Made by a program: the position numbers and the translations under genes | Notes under the pieces: generated by a model | Database searches by the model: none | What the model was told of the DNA's origin: nothing | The model's input: only the letters and a program-made list of their open reading frames with translations | Part shown: positions 1 through 11,800 of the stretch, piece by piece | How the letters are laid out: every line of letters starts with the position of its first letter | Numbering within the stretch: position 1 is the stretch's first letter | Source of the DNA: Amoebophrya sp. A120 | Lineage: Eukaryota > Protista > Dinoflagellata | Assembly: GCA_905178155.1 (NCBI GenBank) | Contig: CAJINV010000001.1 | Span: 4,816,747 to 4,880,746, forward strand | Length of the DNA: 64,000 nt | Direction: 5' to 3'

Positions 1-3000
1 GCGAAGACGAAAAGGAAGATCCTGCTTCCACCACCGGCGGACAAAAAAAGCTGTCTTGTGCAACAAGTAGTAGCGAGGTGAACTACACTTGTAATAAACA
101 CACGACTTCTGGTCCTGCTGAGGCAGAGAACTACTGCTCCAGGCTGCACTCGTCCCTTTGGCAGTCGGCGTCGGCACCGTTTTTGTCAGATTGGAAGCAG
201 AAGTCTGCTGGAGTTCTTGTCTGCCCACAACGGGCTCGGTTGAAGTGTTGTAATCGTCGAGACGACACCAGGGTCGACGAACCGTCTACGAAGAGTAATG
301 CACCCAGCATTTTTGCCAGTACTGCTCACGGAAGCGGCAGTAATCTAGCGGCTTGTCCAAAACACGAGGATGATGCGCCACCAACAACACGGGCGCAGCA
401 CCAGGATCCTTTACTTCTCGGAGGAGGATTCTTGTCGGCTGCGACGAGCGATACTGGCGCGCCCTTCAACTCCGGCTCTAGTCTTCGCAAGAGGCACGGT
501 AGTAGAGCTACTGCCTTAACAAGTACAGCAGCTTCTTCAAAAATAACCAAGCAAGCGAGATACAGTGAGGCCGTGAAGATGGTCGATCATAGTCCAAGTA
601 CAACAATGCTGTCATCGTTGTCTCCGATGAACTATCCGATGAAGCGTGCGCAGAGCTGTCCCAGCAGCCTTCACGAGCTTCCCAGGCAGTTTCGCAGAAG
701 CAAACGAGAGGAGCTTCCCGCCGGCCCCAAGCTGATCCACAAAGGGACGCCAGAGGCAAAAATCCCGTGGAATTTCCAGGAGTTTCGGCTCAACGACTGG
801 ACCTTCCAGGAGCGGTACCAGGAGGTGTTGCAGCGCTATCAGAATCTCTGGACCCTGGCGACAAAGAACTTCGATTTATTTGCGATGTCGTTTCAGTCTG
901 GGCTAGGTTTTTTCGGAGAAGAATCTTCCGCGAAGAATTTTTCAGAAGAAGAAGAAGAACCGGGTCAACGTCATCAAGGCCAAACCAGTAAACCTGTTGC
1001 CGCTGCTGGTTCCGAATCCGAACAGCGCTTTTTCGACGGGCTGATAAAGAGTGTCTACGATATCTCGATGAAACCCCACGGTCATGACTTTGTCCAGCAG
1101 TCGCAAAGGACCGTCGTAGATAAAATGAATCTTGTTCGGAACGAAAACGATTTTCCTGCCCGAGGCCGAGACGACACGACCCGGGTCGCGGGTTTTGTGA
1201 ATGAAATTGAGCTTCATTGGGGAAGCGTGCAGGCAGACTTTGCGTTCTTTGTGCAGGACGAGATGAGGTCACAGATGGAAAGTCTAGTCCCTGATTACAT
1301 CACGGACAACCCGGACGAGGACGAGATTGACGCTGTGGAAGACGAGACTGGGGGATTCGACAGTACGAGGACGTCATACGACAACTCTGACCACCTGCAT
1401 GCGAAGGATCTTCCGCGTCATGCTGAACCTACAGCTTCTGCGCAAGCGCATCTACGCACTGGTAGCCTGTATGATGACCTCGAGGAGGACGAGAAGGATT
1501 TCGGAAAGCTCTCACAGTCCCGCAAGGGAATTTTGCGATCCAAACTGAGCTTGATGGCCAAGAAGTTACCGTTCAAAAAAGGTGCTTCATCTTCTTCGGC
1601 GCAACTGGGAGCTACAGGTTACCAGCATGATGATCTCGTCGCACAAGCAACTACAGGCTCTGGTCCCGGGGGAAACAAGAAATCAACCACGAGCACTAGA
1701 AAAATTTCTTCTAGCGACACGACCATTTTTTCCGAAGATCATGCTACGGCCGCCCAGAATCAGGCACAGGCTCGAAATAAAGTACAGCACATCAATCTTC
1801 ATCCGCAAGAGCTGAAGCAGCTGCGGCAGCGGTTTGAAGAGAAAATCCTCGGTTTCTTGAATCCGCGGTTTCAAGCGGAATTGCAGCGGTGGAGCAGCTT
1901 GTTCAACTTGGAGCACACGCGGATCGTCGAGGAGGAATCCGCTGCTTACAAGCAAAACGGATGGACCTACTTCTTGATCGAATACGGCGACTATGAGTCC
2001 TCGCGGATCTTTTTACCCCGCATGTTTCCCGTGTGGACGAAGAAGTTTGGGCGCGTCGGAGTGAAGCACACTGCCGTAATGAAGTGCGTTCGGGCCATTA
2101 CACCTCAGGAGGATTTTGTGACGACTAATTCGCAGGCAGATAATGTGCAAGAAGTGCCAGTTGTACAGATCAAGAAAGCGACGTTTCCTTTTCAAGATGC
2201 TGTTCGTACGACGCGGGTCAATGAGGACGACAATGAAGGCGAAGGAGCTCCTGGAGTTTTGGGCAACGCCTCGCGCACTCCAGAGCCGCCTGCTGGGCTG
2301 AACGAACAAGGATCGTTGTTGCCGAGTCCTCTTCCAGGAGTACATGCTAGTATCAGCGCGGAAAACGTAAGAACTTCTTGGCCGCGGTTTCTTAGCTGCG
2401 GGCGGCGGTGCAGAGCTAGCCGCGGCACGTCCGCGGAAGAAACGGATAGAACCGTGAGTGCGCACGAGGAAGACGAATCTCTTCTCGATAAAATGGAGGC
2501 GCTGTCACTAGGCAGTAAGTCCACCAATGGCCGCGACGGTGCACTAGATCCCCGGTGGTCCTCCTTTCAGCGGCAGCAAATGAGCAACGAGATGGCGCAG
2601 CAGCCTGTAGTGGCGAAAGATCTTCAGCAAACGGGGATGACCGTGCGCACGGCAACGACACCGCAAGAAGCCGCACTGCGACTGAATTCTCCGTTGCTCC
2701 CCAGCACAACTTACAGGAATGCTCCGGCTTTTGGAATCCCCCGGACTGACAGCCGCAGCAGCGTAGCGAGCAGTCTGCCTAGTAGCGCTTCGTGCGGTAG
2801 TCTGGTGAGCGAACCGGAAGAAAACCTTGACGATGTACTCGTTTTCGGGCGCCGCCTCGGAAGTAAATCACCCGCCCCGTGTACTACTAGTGGCACTGCT
2901 GGTGTCGTCCTCGAGCCTGCTGCAACGTTCGGCGGGACACCGTTGATCAAAAGCGAGCCGACGCTGAGTTCATCTACTTCTGCAGGCGTGCTGTTGAACA

Positions 3001-6000
3001 CAGTGGAGCATGACGACGCGGCCTCTGTCGCCTCCATGTCAACAACCACGGGAGGTCCGACGTTGAGCAGCACCTTCAGCTCTCCACACTCCTCTTTCAC
3101 GTCGCCCACGTCGCGGCCCTCGGAGAAGAACAGCAGCATGATTACTAGACTCAACACCACAGGAGCAGTTCGCCGCGGCACGACAGTACCCAGAAACCAA
3201 ACTAATCCGCTTCAGGAACCGGACTCACCGTCCGCCTTCGTTTTGCAAGAACCTGGTGCCTCACCGTCCGCCTCACCTTCTGCCTCTCCGTCGCCGGAAA
3301 CAGACGAGGAGGCAGCTGTTGCGGACACAACTTCTCTCAAAAATCGTGTGGAACGGACACGACAAAAAGCCGTAGCCGACGAGGAGCCCCGTGGTCCCGC
3401 CCGGGTCAACGTTTCACGATCCACAGTCCAGCTCCCCCCTGCTTCAGAGTACAGCAACACCAAGGATCCCACGTACATGCATTGCATGGAAGCGTACCAC
3501 GGCATTATTCCGCCGATCGAGGACGAGAACGATCTGCGGGGGTCCTACGCCAACCCGGGGTACATCACCGTGAACCCGTTTGGACTTTTCGCTTGTGGCG
3601 GCTGGCATTTCAAGCGCGTAGTCAAGGTCTTGGACCGCAGCTTCACGAAGGGCTTCAAAATGCAGGTGCCCATGATAGAGACTGCGGAAGAAGCAGACAA
3701 TTCCAACGAGTTCGCACCGGAACTGCGCGCGATGCTCGAGCCGGAGATGCTCGCGGCGGTGCCCGACTTGAGAGCTGCACGTGGTACGTATCATGCGTCT
3801 AGTACTTCGCACCGCGGACCGACGTCGCCAAGTTCATGCCAACTGTCGTCCGAAAGTCTGGCTTCCAGCACGCGAGGATTATACGAGGACAAAAACATCA
3901 GCAACGATGTCGGCGCAAGTCTCAAGAATCCCTGGGGAACAAGAAGTTCTAGTACTGCCGGAGCACCAGTTGGCGGGGTTCCTCTTGTTCCTGCACAGTT
4001 GTACCAGTCTAGTTGTACTTCGAGCACGAATTCCAGTCCCCGTGGCGGCTCTTCGGAAGAAAGTTTCCAGCAGTCTGCGGCGTTCGACCGCGTGTTATCC
4101 CCAATTTGCGAGTACGCCGAGCGGAGCACGGACTCTCTCCTGCAAAGTAGCCAAGAAGTTCGTAGTACTTCTTCCCCCCAAGAAGGACAAGGGCGTCGCG
4201 GTGGCTCTTTCCCCTCTTCTCCGCGTAGTTCTACTAGTCCCTCGCAGGGAGCAGAACGGGGTGACAAGCGAAATAGTACTCCGTCGGGATTATTGCGTCT
4301 CCAGCAGTTGTCGAACAGAGGCGATAGTGACGGCGGCGAGAGCACCAGCGAAAAGATTGCTGAAAAGAGCACCGCGTGCAATCCCACGACCCCTGAGCGA
4401 AAACAAAGATGGATGGAAGACGGGCAGTACATGAACACTCCTGCGCTCGAATGCCCCTTCCCCGCCCGGGCAGTAGAGCCTGCACGAATAGAGTTTGATC
4501 TTAGTTGGGAGGAGCACGATGTGCTGCCGCGTAGTGAAGAAACTGTAAGATATGCTGGTCTTGGTCCGAGAACTATTATGCCGGACGACCACGCCGCAAT
4601 CTCCTTGAGGGCCGCCGAAGTGCCTGCTTTAGAACCTGTCGACCAAAGCGCGTCGTCAGAGAGCCCGCAAGTGAGCCCAAGAACGACCACATCCGGAGGG
4701 GCGGGCACTAGTACTTTATTTCGGAAAAAGCCGTCCATTAGGCGGCAAGTCGTGAGCTGTCCAAGCAGAATTTTCGAAACGGGGGGCTCCGTGAGCCGCG
4801 GGGCGAGAGGGGGCGGAAGTGGATCTGTATCTTCGTTGTTTTCTAACAGTTCCTTGCTCACCAACGTGACCACTACGTTCAACGAGTGCAGTTCGCGATC
4901 GCCTTTCTTTGCGCGCCAAGACTTTCAGCCCTACTACCAACCGCTCGCCGTCGCGCCTCCGCCATTCGATTTCGGAGGCGTAGTGGGTTTGACGGGAGTA
5001 CAGCAACCTCCTTCATCTATGCCATCAACCGAGGAAAGTCTTGCAGAGAGTGGCACGAGTCGTGGCCCGCCGGAGCTCTTGACCGGAGCCAGTGCGAGTG
5101 TAGTTGATGGAAATACAGCAGAGGACTTCTTGCTTGACAACACCGGGGTAAGAAATGATGAACGTAAGAAAAGCAGCCCTGGCGTTCGTCTCGCGACGGA
5201 ACAAAGCTTTCTCGAAACGCTCCCCGATGCAGTCGTTGACGAACTGATCCTGAACACTCCTCATCCAGAGCGGCGTCGGTTTCAAAGTCAGTCTACCGGC
5301 ACGCCGTTGTCTTCCCCTCGTGACGATCCTCCGTCCCCGTCGTCAGCGAATGGTGCGCGAGGATTGGCGTTTCCGTTTATTTTCGATGGAAACACAAATA
5401 CTAAACGGAGGTCACCTCCTCCGCCACCGCTTCTTTTGTCTTCGTTGCCCACCTCTCCGACCCCTTCCGACGCGACCGTGGACGACGCGATGACAGCTGG
5501 GGAGCAGTTTGGGCATTTGTTGTCAGGACGAGGAGGCGGAGGAATCCGAGCAGTACCTCACCTCGACCCGACCGGCGCTGTTTCATCCGGGCCAACTTCC
5601 TCGCGGTGTCCTAGCCCGTGCTCTGATGCGTCCGCGTCGAGCAGTCACCACGTCGCACCGTCGGGTCCTGGAGAAGATCATAGCGAACCACCTGTACTAG
5701 AAGTCGCACCCGTAGATAAAGAACAATCACCAGCCTCCTCGCCGGAAGCAGGAGGAGAAAATGGTCCTCCACTGAAAGATACTACAGCTTCTAGCTCTAG
5801 ACATCAGAAAAAAACTACGTATCAAATTCCGGTGCTGATGACAAGCCCAGTCTGGTTTCCATTTAACGACGAGAAATCCTACCATGTTCTGCAGCACAAC
5901 TGCAATCACTTCTCCGAGTCCATGCTCGTGGTGCTTTTGGTGATGGAAGCCGTGGAGAAAGCGAAAACACTGAATAATTTCTCTGAAGACCAAAGAGACG

Positions 6001-6527
6001 AAGATCAAGATCTGCTGGCGCGGGAAAAAGAACCTGATCCCTCAAAAAATGCGGCGCAAATTATGGAAGAAGTGGCTGCGGCCCGGGACAACTACCGCAT
6101 GGAGAAGGAGAAGCAGGTAGCGCACGAGATCCGTGTGCTTTTGCACCGCGCACTGATTCTGAAATTGCTTTACTCGTCGTTTTCCCCCGACCAGGAGTCG
6201 TTCCACCTGGCGAAGCGGATACGCCCCCTGTTTCCCTTTCTGGACAGTAAAGTATCGCCGCTGGTCGCCGAGCAGGCTCTGCGGAATCCAGAAAACTGCG
6301 GCCTCCACTTCGTTCGACCCGTGCTCAAGGAGCTATTTCGGGCACTGCGGCACGAGATCGCGCTGGTGTCCTCTCCCGGGAGGGTACGGGGGACGGACGA
6401 ACAAAGCGGTCGCAGACCAGCAGACTGTGACCTGTTGGAGCAGCAGTATTCTTTTCCGCCTCCGTGGCAGCAACAGCAGGAGGAGCTGCTCAAGTTTACC
6501 CAAGACGTCGCCGCGAGGCTGGTGTAA
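1..6527 (+). CDS. Large low-complexity protein with a split PPPDE/DeSI-type peptidase domain (5' end outside window)
   Basis: Frame is open from the window start to TAA at 6525. Motifs GVKHTAV (His codon 2067) and YHVLQHNCNHFS (Cys codon 5901) resemble the PPPDE catalytic His and NCNHF motifs. Confidence 0.7.
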   Translation, partial: EDEKEDPASTTGGQKKLSCATSSSEVNYTCNKHTTSGPAEAENYCSRLHSSLWQSASAPFLSDWKQKSAGVLVCPQRARLKCCNRRDDTRVDEPSTKSNAPSIFASTAHGSGSNLAACPKHEDDAPPTTRAQHQDPLLLGGGFLSAATSDTGAPFNSGSSLRKRHGSRATALTSTAASSKITKQARYSEAVKMVDHSPSTTMLSSLSPMNYPMKRAQSCPSSLHELPRQFRRSKREELPAGPKLIHKGTPEAKIPWNFQEFRLNDWTFQERYQEVLQRYQNLWTLATKNFDLFAMSFQSGLGFFGEESSAKNFSEEEEEPGQRHQGQTSKPVAAAGSESEQRFFDGLIKSVYDISMKPHGHDFVQQSQRTVVDKMNLVRNENDFPARGRDDTTRVAGFVNEIELHWGSVQADFAFFVQDEMRSQMESLVPDYITDNPDEDEIDAVEDETGGFDSTRTSYDNSDHLHAKDLPRHAEPTASAQAHLRTGSLYDDLEEDEKDFGKLSQSRKGILRSKLSLMAKKLPFKKGASSSSAQLGATGYQHDDLVAQATTGSGPGGNKKSTTSTRKISSSDTTIFSEDHATAAQNQAQARNKVQHINLHPQELKQLRQRFEEKILGFLNPRFQAELQRWSSLFNLEHTRIVEEESAAYKQNGWTYFLIEYGDYESSRIFLPRMFPVWTKKFGRVGVKHTAVMKCVRAITPQEDFVTTNSQADNVQEVPVVQIKKATFPFQDAVRTTRVNEDDNEGEGAPGVLGNASRTPEPPAGLNEQGSLLPSPLPGVHASISAENVRTSWPRFLSCGRRCRASRGTSAEETDRTVSAHEEDESLLDKMEALSLGSKSTNGRDGALDPRWSSFQRQQMSNEMAQQPVVAKDLQQTGMTVRTATTPQEAALRLNSPLLPSTTYRNAPAFGIPRTDSRSSVASSLPSSASCGSLVSEPEENLDDVLVFGRRLGSKSPAPCTTSGTAGVVLEPAATFGGTPLIKSEPTLSSSTSAGVLLNTVEHDDAASVASMSTTTGGPTLSSTFSSPHSSFTSPTSRPSEKNSSMITRLNTTGAVRRGTTVPRNQTNPLQEPDSPSAFVLQEPGASPSASPSASPSPETDEEAAVADTTSLKNRVERTRQKAVADEEPRGPARVNVSRSTVQLPPASEYSNTKDPTYMHCMEAYHGIIPPIEDENDLRGSYANPGYITVNPFGLFACGGWHFKRVVKVLDRSFTKGFKMQVPMIETAEEADNSNEFAPELRAMLEPEMLAAVPDLRAARGTYHASSTSHRGPTSPSSCQLSSESLASSTRGLYEDKNISNDVGASLKNPWGTRSSSTAGAPVGGVPLVPAQLYQSSCTSSTNSSPRGGSSEESFQQSAAFDRVLSPICEYAERSTDSLLQSSQEVRSTSSPQEGQGRRGGSFPSSPRSSTSPSQGAERGDKRNSTPSGLLRLQQLSNRGDSDGGESTSEKIAEKSTACNPTTPERKQRWMEDGQYMNTPALECPFPARAVEPARIEFDLSWEEHDVLPRSEETVRYAGLGPRTIMPDDHAAISLRAAEVPALEPVDQSASSESPQVSPRTTTSGGAGTSTLFRKKPSIRRQVVSCPSRIFETGGSVSRGARGGGSGSVSSLFSNSSLLTNVTTTFNECSSRSPFFARQDFQPYYQPLAVAPPPFDFGGVVGLTGVQQPPSSMPSTEESLAESGTSRGPPELLTGASASVVDGNTAEDFLLDNTGVRNDERKKSSPGVRLATEQSFLETLPDAVVDELILNTPHPERRRFQSQSTGTPLSSPRDDPPSPSSANGARGLAFPFIFDGNTNTKRRSPPPPPLLLSSLPTSPTPSDATVDDAMTAGEQFGHLLSGRGGGGIRAVPHLDPTGAVSSGPTSSRCPSPCSDASASSSHHVAPSGPGEDHSEPPVLEVAPVDKEQSPASSPEAGGENGPPLKDTTASSSRHQKKTTYQIPVLMTSPVWFPFNDEKSYHVLQHNCNHFSESMLVVLLVMEAVEKAKTLNNFSEDQRDEDQDLLAREKEPDPSKNAAQIMEEVAAARDNYRMEKEKQVAHEIRVLLHRALILKLLYSSFSPDQESFHLAKRIRPLFPFLDSKVSPLVAEQALRNPENCGLHFVRPVLKELFRALRHEIALVSSPGRVRGTDEQSGRRPADCDLLEQQYSFPPPWQQQQEELLKFTQDVAARLV

Positions 6528-8020
6528 TTGTACGTAGAGAGGTAATTATATTTCGAAAGCTGTAGGAGAGGCACTGACTTAAGAAGTTTGTGATGAAGAT
6601 AAAAAAGTCAAAGTCTTTGTGTGAGCATAATCTTCCCATCGAGCTTTGTACTTAGGGTCAAACTACTACTACGATTGACCGTGTAACCAAAACCAGATGT
6701 TGATCACGAGTTCGGATAGTACTCGTTTTGCACGCAAAAGCGACGGCGAGTAAGGTAAAATAATCAACAAGAAGTACTACGCTCAGGTACAAGTTTCCAT
6801 TTTCTAGAGTTGTTTGAGTTGTTTTTGCAGGTGTAGTGCGCATGTCACAAAAAAGTTTGTTACTGTTGCGTATCATAATCAATCTGTTTTGCGCTTGCGT
6901 AGTACCGCGCAGCCACCGATTTGTTGAGTTCATCGACGACACTAGTGTGACGCTGACATTTTCCTTATCGCGCAGCACCTCTTCGACTTTTGAGAACATC
7001 CCGCCACGACGTTGACCATGTTGATGCGCGACATTCAACGGGCCTCGGTATCGGAAGTCAAGCGATCTCAAATACAAAGGAATAAAAGCCATAGTTCATG
7101 CAGATAGGAAAACTCAAAGTCAAACAAAGGTTCAACCAGCTGTATTTTTACGTAGACACACTATTTTTAGATTTAGAATGCGGTACGGATCCGCAGCTCG
7201 TTTTACACTATTTTTTTAACACAACCACACGGCTGAGTGCACACTACGGAATTTTTCAAATCAATGTTTAAAAATCGGAATGCGCACTGCAACCGATGCA
7301 GGCATAGTCAACATTGCTGTGTAATAAGGCGTACTTGTCTAGTACCTAGAAGTCCTGTATGTGTATTCTCGTGGTCTGCGTAATTGCAAAGTTCATCCTG
7401 GGATAAAAATCTTGTTCGTCGCCTTTTGAATTTTGCTTTTGTCAGCTTCTACCTATGTTGTTTTCTATTCGGGTCGGCGACGCGACAAGGTGAAACTGGC
7501 AGCATGTTGTTTTCTCTTTCTAACGTGCGAAAGCCAAAGGCAATAAAGCGAAACGAAACATAAAAGTATAGGCGACATCGTATTATATATCGGTTCCACA
7601 CTGTGGTGGCACAATCCTGTAAATTGGTAGGATCATTGTGTGGTTTTCGTTTTCTTCGGAGGTCCCTCTCACTTCTTTCTTCCGCCTCTGGCAGACTTCA
7701 AATTCGATCATTTTATTGATTCCGACGGCGAACTCGCCAGATTATCCTGTCGTTGCGCAGCAACGTCACATTCGGTTGACAGCTAAACCTCCGATTTGTC
7801 TGTCCCTTTCGCTTTCCTCTCGGTAAAGGAACAGAACTGACGTCGAGAATGAATGCCTTTGCACAACATAAAACCCTGTAGGATCGCTCTCTTCAAAAGT
7901 TTTCGAATGAATTTATATATCACCCTTTTTTTATGTTGTGTGACTTTATTCTGTTCTCACTAGGTGGACTTGTTGTATAGCCGTTGTCTCGTTTTGGGAA
8001 TGTATTAAAAAAAAAAGCCA

Positions 8021-8704
8021 ATGAAATTGAAGAGCTGCAAAATGAGGACGATTCTGCCATCACTCTTCGTGAAAATAAGTTTCACCTTGCTTTTCCACCC
8101 CCACTCCTACCATGTCCGCGCGTACTACGACAAGTGGACTCCGATGGAGCAGGGCATGACGCTTGGGTTTCCCCGCCTCTACAAGGCCCCACTGAATCCG
8201 CGGGAGGTGAAGCGCAAGAGAACGTTTTTCCCCGGTAACTTCGTCAATGTGTACGACGAGATCATGTTCGAGCCCGGGAATACGGACTGTTGGGACTTCG
8301 AGGTGAACTCGGAATTCGCAAAGTACATCGACGCACAGGTGATGCAAGACGAGAACGGAAACCTGGTGTATCTGCAACAAGAACAACATCAAAATGCTGA
8401 AGATCATGCGACTACAACTCCAGCACCTTCCTCAAACTTTCACAACTACCAGCGCTGTTGCAGTTTCACGGACATAGACGACGAGATCTTCCTGACCAAC
8501 TACAGCTCCTACACCGGGGAACCCTTGTGCTGGGACGACCTGAACGCCGCGTTGAAGCGGAAGTTCGAAAACTACGTGTATGGGACGAACGGGGAGGAAA
8601 TAATGGAAGCCAAGTATTCACGGAAAAACGTGCTCCTGGGACCACAAAGACAAAAATTAGAATGCTTTAATTATACATGGGCTAGCCCTAGCTCCTATTG
8701 CTAA
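8021..8704 (+). CDS. Coding exon, probably the 5' part of the downstream glycosyltransferase-like gene
   Basis: 227-codon ORF with GC3-rich codons over about 8110-8640; junction to the next exon not resolved. Confidence 0.5.
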   Translation: MKLKSCKMRTILPSLFVKISFTLLFHPHSYHVRAYYDKWTPMEQGMTLGFPRLYKAPLNPREVKRKRTFFPGNFVNVYDEIMFEPGNTDCWDFEVNSEFAKYIDAQVMQDENGNLVYLQQEQHQNAEDHATTTPAPSSNFHNYQRCCSFTDIDDEIFLTNYSSYTGEPLCWDDLNAALKRKFENYVYGTNGEEIMEAKYSRKNVLLGPQRQKLECFNYTWASPSSYC

Positions 8705-8857
8705 TTAATACTACCAGTGGCATCATCGTCATTCAACGGGCCTAATGCTGCCATTGAAATGAAGACGAAAAGTTTTTAATTTTATGTCCTGTCACATCGG
8801 TTATGGTTAACACGACAGACTGTCTGGCGGATTGGTTGTGACCTTCATTGGATCTTT

Positions 8858-11800
8858 GTGGTTCATCACTTGTTTTCGTTGAATGCCGGGGTGGAAGTAG
8901 AGCTAGAGCATCACCATCACGGAGAAAAAGCAAAAGGAGGGCCGTTGGATATCGAGGCCGAAGAGCTAGCCTGGATCCTTGGCGATGACCAGGAGCGGCC
9001 TGTGGAGGCAATAGCAGAGGAACTGGTGGTATCAAATGCAAAAATGTCTGGGTCTGGAAGGTTGGAACTTGTATGTAATGCTAACTTTGGACGCGGCTAA
9101 AAAAATCTTTATGTATTGCATGACCAGCAACAGCAAGAGGAGTCTAGTTTGTGCTACGCTGGGAAGGCATTTGTGATGCGGAGTAGGCATCAGGAAGCCC
9201 TCTAAAAATCTGTGATGCTAGGTCGTGCATTACAGACATCCCGGGCAATGCAAAATATGCAAAGAACCCCGGCAACATTCCAGACCCAGGCACTTTTGCA
9301 CTTGATAGGTGGGCTCGCAGTCGACCATCTTCCAACCCGCTGGAGGGGACGATGAAAACGAAAATAACGGGGGGAAAACCCCACCAGCAAGCGCCGCGCG
9401 CGTGTTCCGCAAGGACCAGTTTTTGAAGTTGGCACATCACTGGAAATGGTTGGAAAAACGGTTGGGAACCGCGGATGAACTTCCGTTCGAGAAAAAGCCT
9501 AAGCTGACCGCGAACTCCGTCCTCCGAGAGCTGCTGAAGTCGACGTCAGATCGAATCCCGTTGGAAAGGAAGAATCCCCACGGACTGCCCGCCGTTTTCA
9601 GCTACGATTTCTGCTGCCGGCGGGTGAAACGCACGAAATTGCCCTTTTTCGTCGTGGGAAACGAGATAAAAACTCTGCCAGAGAAGGAGAACAACACAAC
9701 CATTACGGGAAGTAGTGGCTATAAACAATCTGAACATGGACCAGAAAGTAGAACTACGCAGGAAGATATTCTGTCCAACATTAACTTCTGGAATCGAATG
9801 TTCGAAAAGAACACGAACCGTTTCGATTTTCCGGAGAAAACAGAGCGGTTGCTGACAGCAATAGGAAACTTCGGAAATAAAGTAGACATGGATGTTCTTT
9901 CCTCTGGGCGAGGCTTCCGCCACAAAGTAGAACAGAAAAATGGAAACGTTAACGCTGCACAAGAACTGAGCGCGGAGGACTCATCATCTTCACAAGTGAA
10001 AGTGTCAGCACCAACGGTCGTCAACATGTGGTCAAAGAACGAAATTGTGCGACACCGGCTGTTCCTACGTACGACTGCCCCGAGCATCTACGAGAAGAGA
10101 CTTCGGATCGTGGTCACCATTTCCACAGTGCCGACGAGACTCGAGCTATCGTGAGGAAAAATCCCCCCTCCCCATATCGAAACGAAGTTTCTGATGCTGG
10201 ATTTCCGTACACAAATCAGATTTGTCTTGCAGTAGAGGACTGCAGGCATGTGTCAAGCCTCAGCCGCGAGGTTTTGACGTAGGCGCCTAGCATGCCAAAC
10301 GTGTGTGCTTTAAGTCCAACAGCATCACAAACCGCCTGAAAGATGCGGGGCGCTCTCTGGACTTGCCTCCTTGCAAGACAGACAGGATTTGAGGTCACAA
10401 ATGCGCATCACAAATTTTCAGACCGATACGCTTTCAATATGGGGAGGGGGGATTTTTCCTTACGATACGAGCAGGTGAAGCCCGCCCTGATCTCGTGGTT
10501 ACGGCAGACCTACCCCTATCAAATGTAAAAATGTCTGGGTCTGGCAGAATGCAACTTGTCATGCTATATCTGAAGCATGCAAAAATCTGTGTTGCATGAT
10601 TACCAAAAGTCGTCCAGTTTTGACCAAGTCGCGAGGGAGTTTCTCATGCAGGATAGGCATGAGAGAGATCGCACAGAATCTGTCATGCTAGGTCCTGCAT
10701 TCCAGACCTCATGGGTCATGCAAAAGCTGCATGACAAATCGCGCATTCTTCCAGACCCAGACAGTTTTACATTTGATAACCCCATCGATCAGCTGTACCT
10801 GTTTCTCCCCACCCGGTTCGGTCGGGACGCCGTGCGGTACCGCATTCCAGACTGGCTCCACGAGCTGCAGGAGGAGCATAAACAAGTGCTGGTGCACTTC
10901 TGCCAGGAGTTTTTCGCCGCTACGGCGGTGCTGTGCGTGACCGACAAGGAGCAGGACCCGCAGACCAAAATTCTGCACGCCATGGACGATTCCATCGTGC
11001 ACCCGTGGCTGGTCGAGCGGATGCTGCGTGTCAGTCTCCTGCACCCACAGGCGAGCGGGGCGGTCGTCACCACCTACGCAGTCCACCAGTACTACCACCC
11101 CTACTGGTACGGATGCGTTGCGGGCTACTACTGCCTCCATGAGCGCAGACATTTAGATCACCGGCTTTTCGACGTTGACGGACTCCTACCCTTTCGAGCG
11201 AAGGGAGTGGTTGTAGACGGAGGAAGTGCCTCTGGTGCTTCCAGTGCCGCGGGAGAAAGAACTAGTAACGCCGCTAAAAAGGAGAGCCACAGCGTCGAGA
11301 GGACCGCCACACAACTGTGGAAGAACCAAGCGGCTGTGATCAGGGGTTGCAAAGCAAACGGCGATGATGCGCTGGTGCAGTCTTTTTTGCGTGCAAACGC
11401 AGTTCCGTACGTTGAGCTGCACACAGAATTGGAGGCGGAGCTAAACGAAATCGAGACGGCAGTGATAGCGAAATTACAACATTCTGTGTTCGAAGATCAT
11501 ATCACGAACTCCGAGTGGTTCAAAACTAGAAATACGCAGCAGAAGTTGGGCCACAACTACAATAAAGAACTGCTGCAAGAAGATGAACCGCCACGACCCA
11601 TGGAGAGCCAGGTGCTGTCTTTTCAAAAGGCGAAGCCCGGGCAGATGAATTTGCAGCTGGATTTCGCGCGGCGCCCTGATTCCGGCGGGGAGGGCGGCCA
11701 GAGCCTGCAGGATTTAAACAACAAGAAACTCCAGCGCAGCCGCAGACTGTGCATGCAACAGGACGAAAGCAGCTACTATGGGGAAAAAATAGCTGCGGAA

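Noticed and set aside
326-6574. Many minus-strand ORFs, up to 363 aa
   Set aside because: Antisense shadows of long GC-rich + strand ORFs with no motifs.
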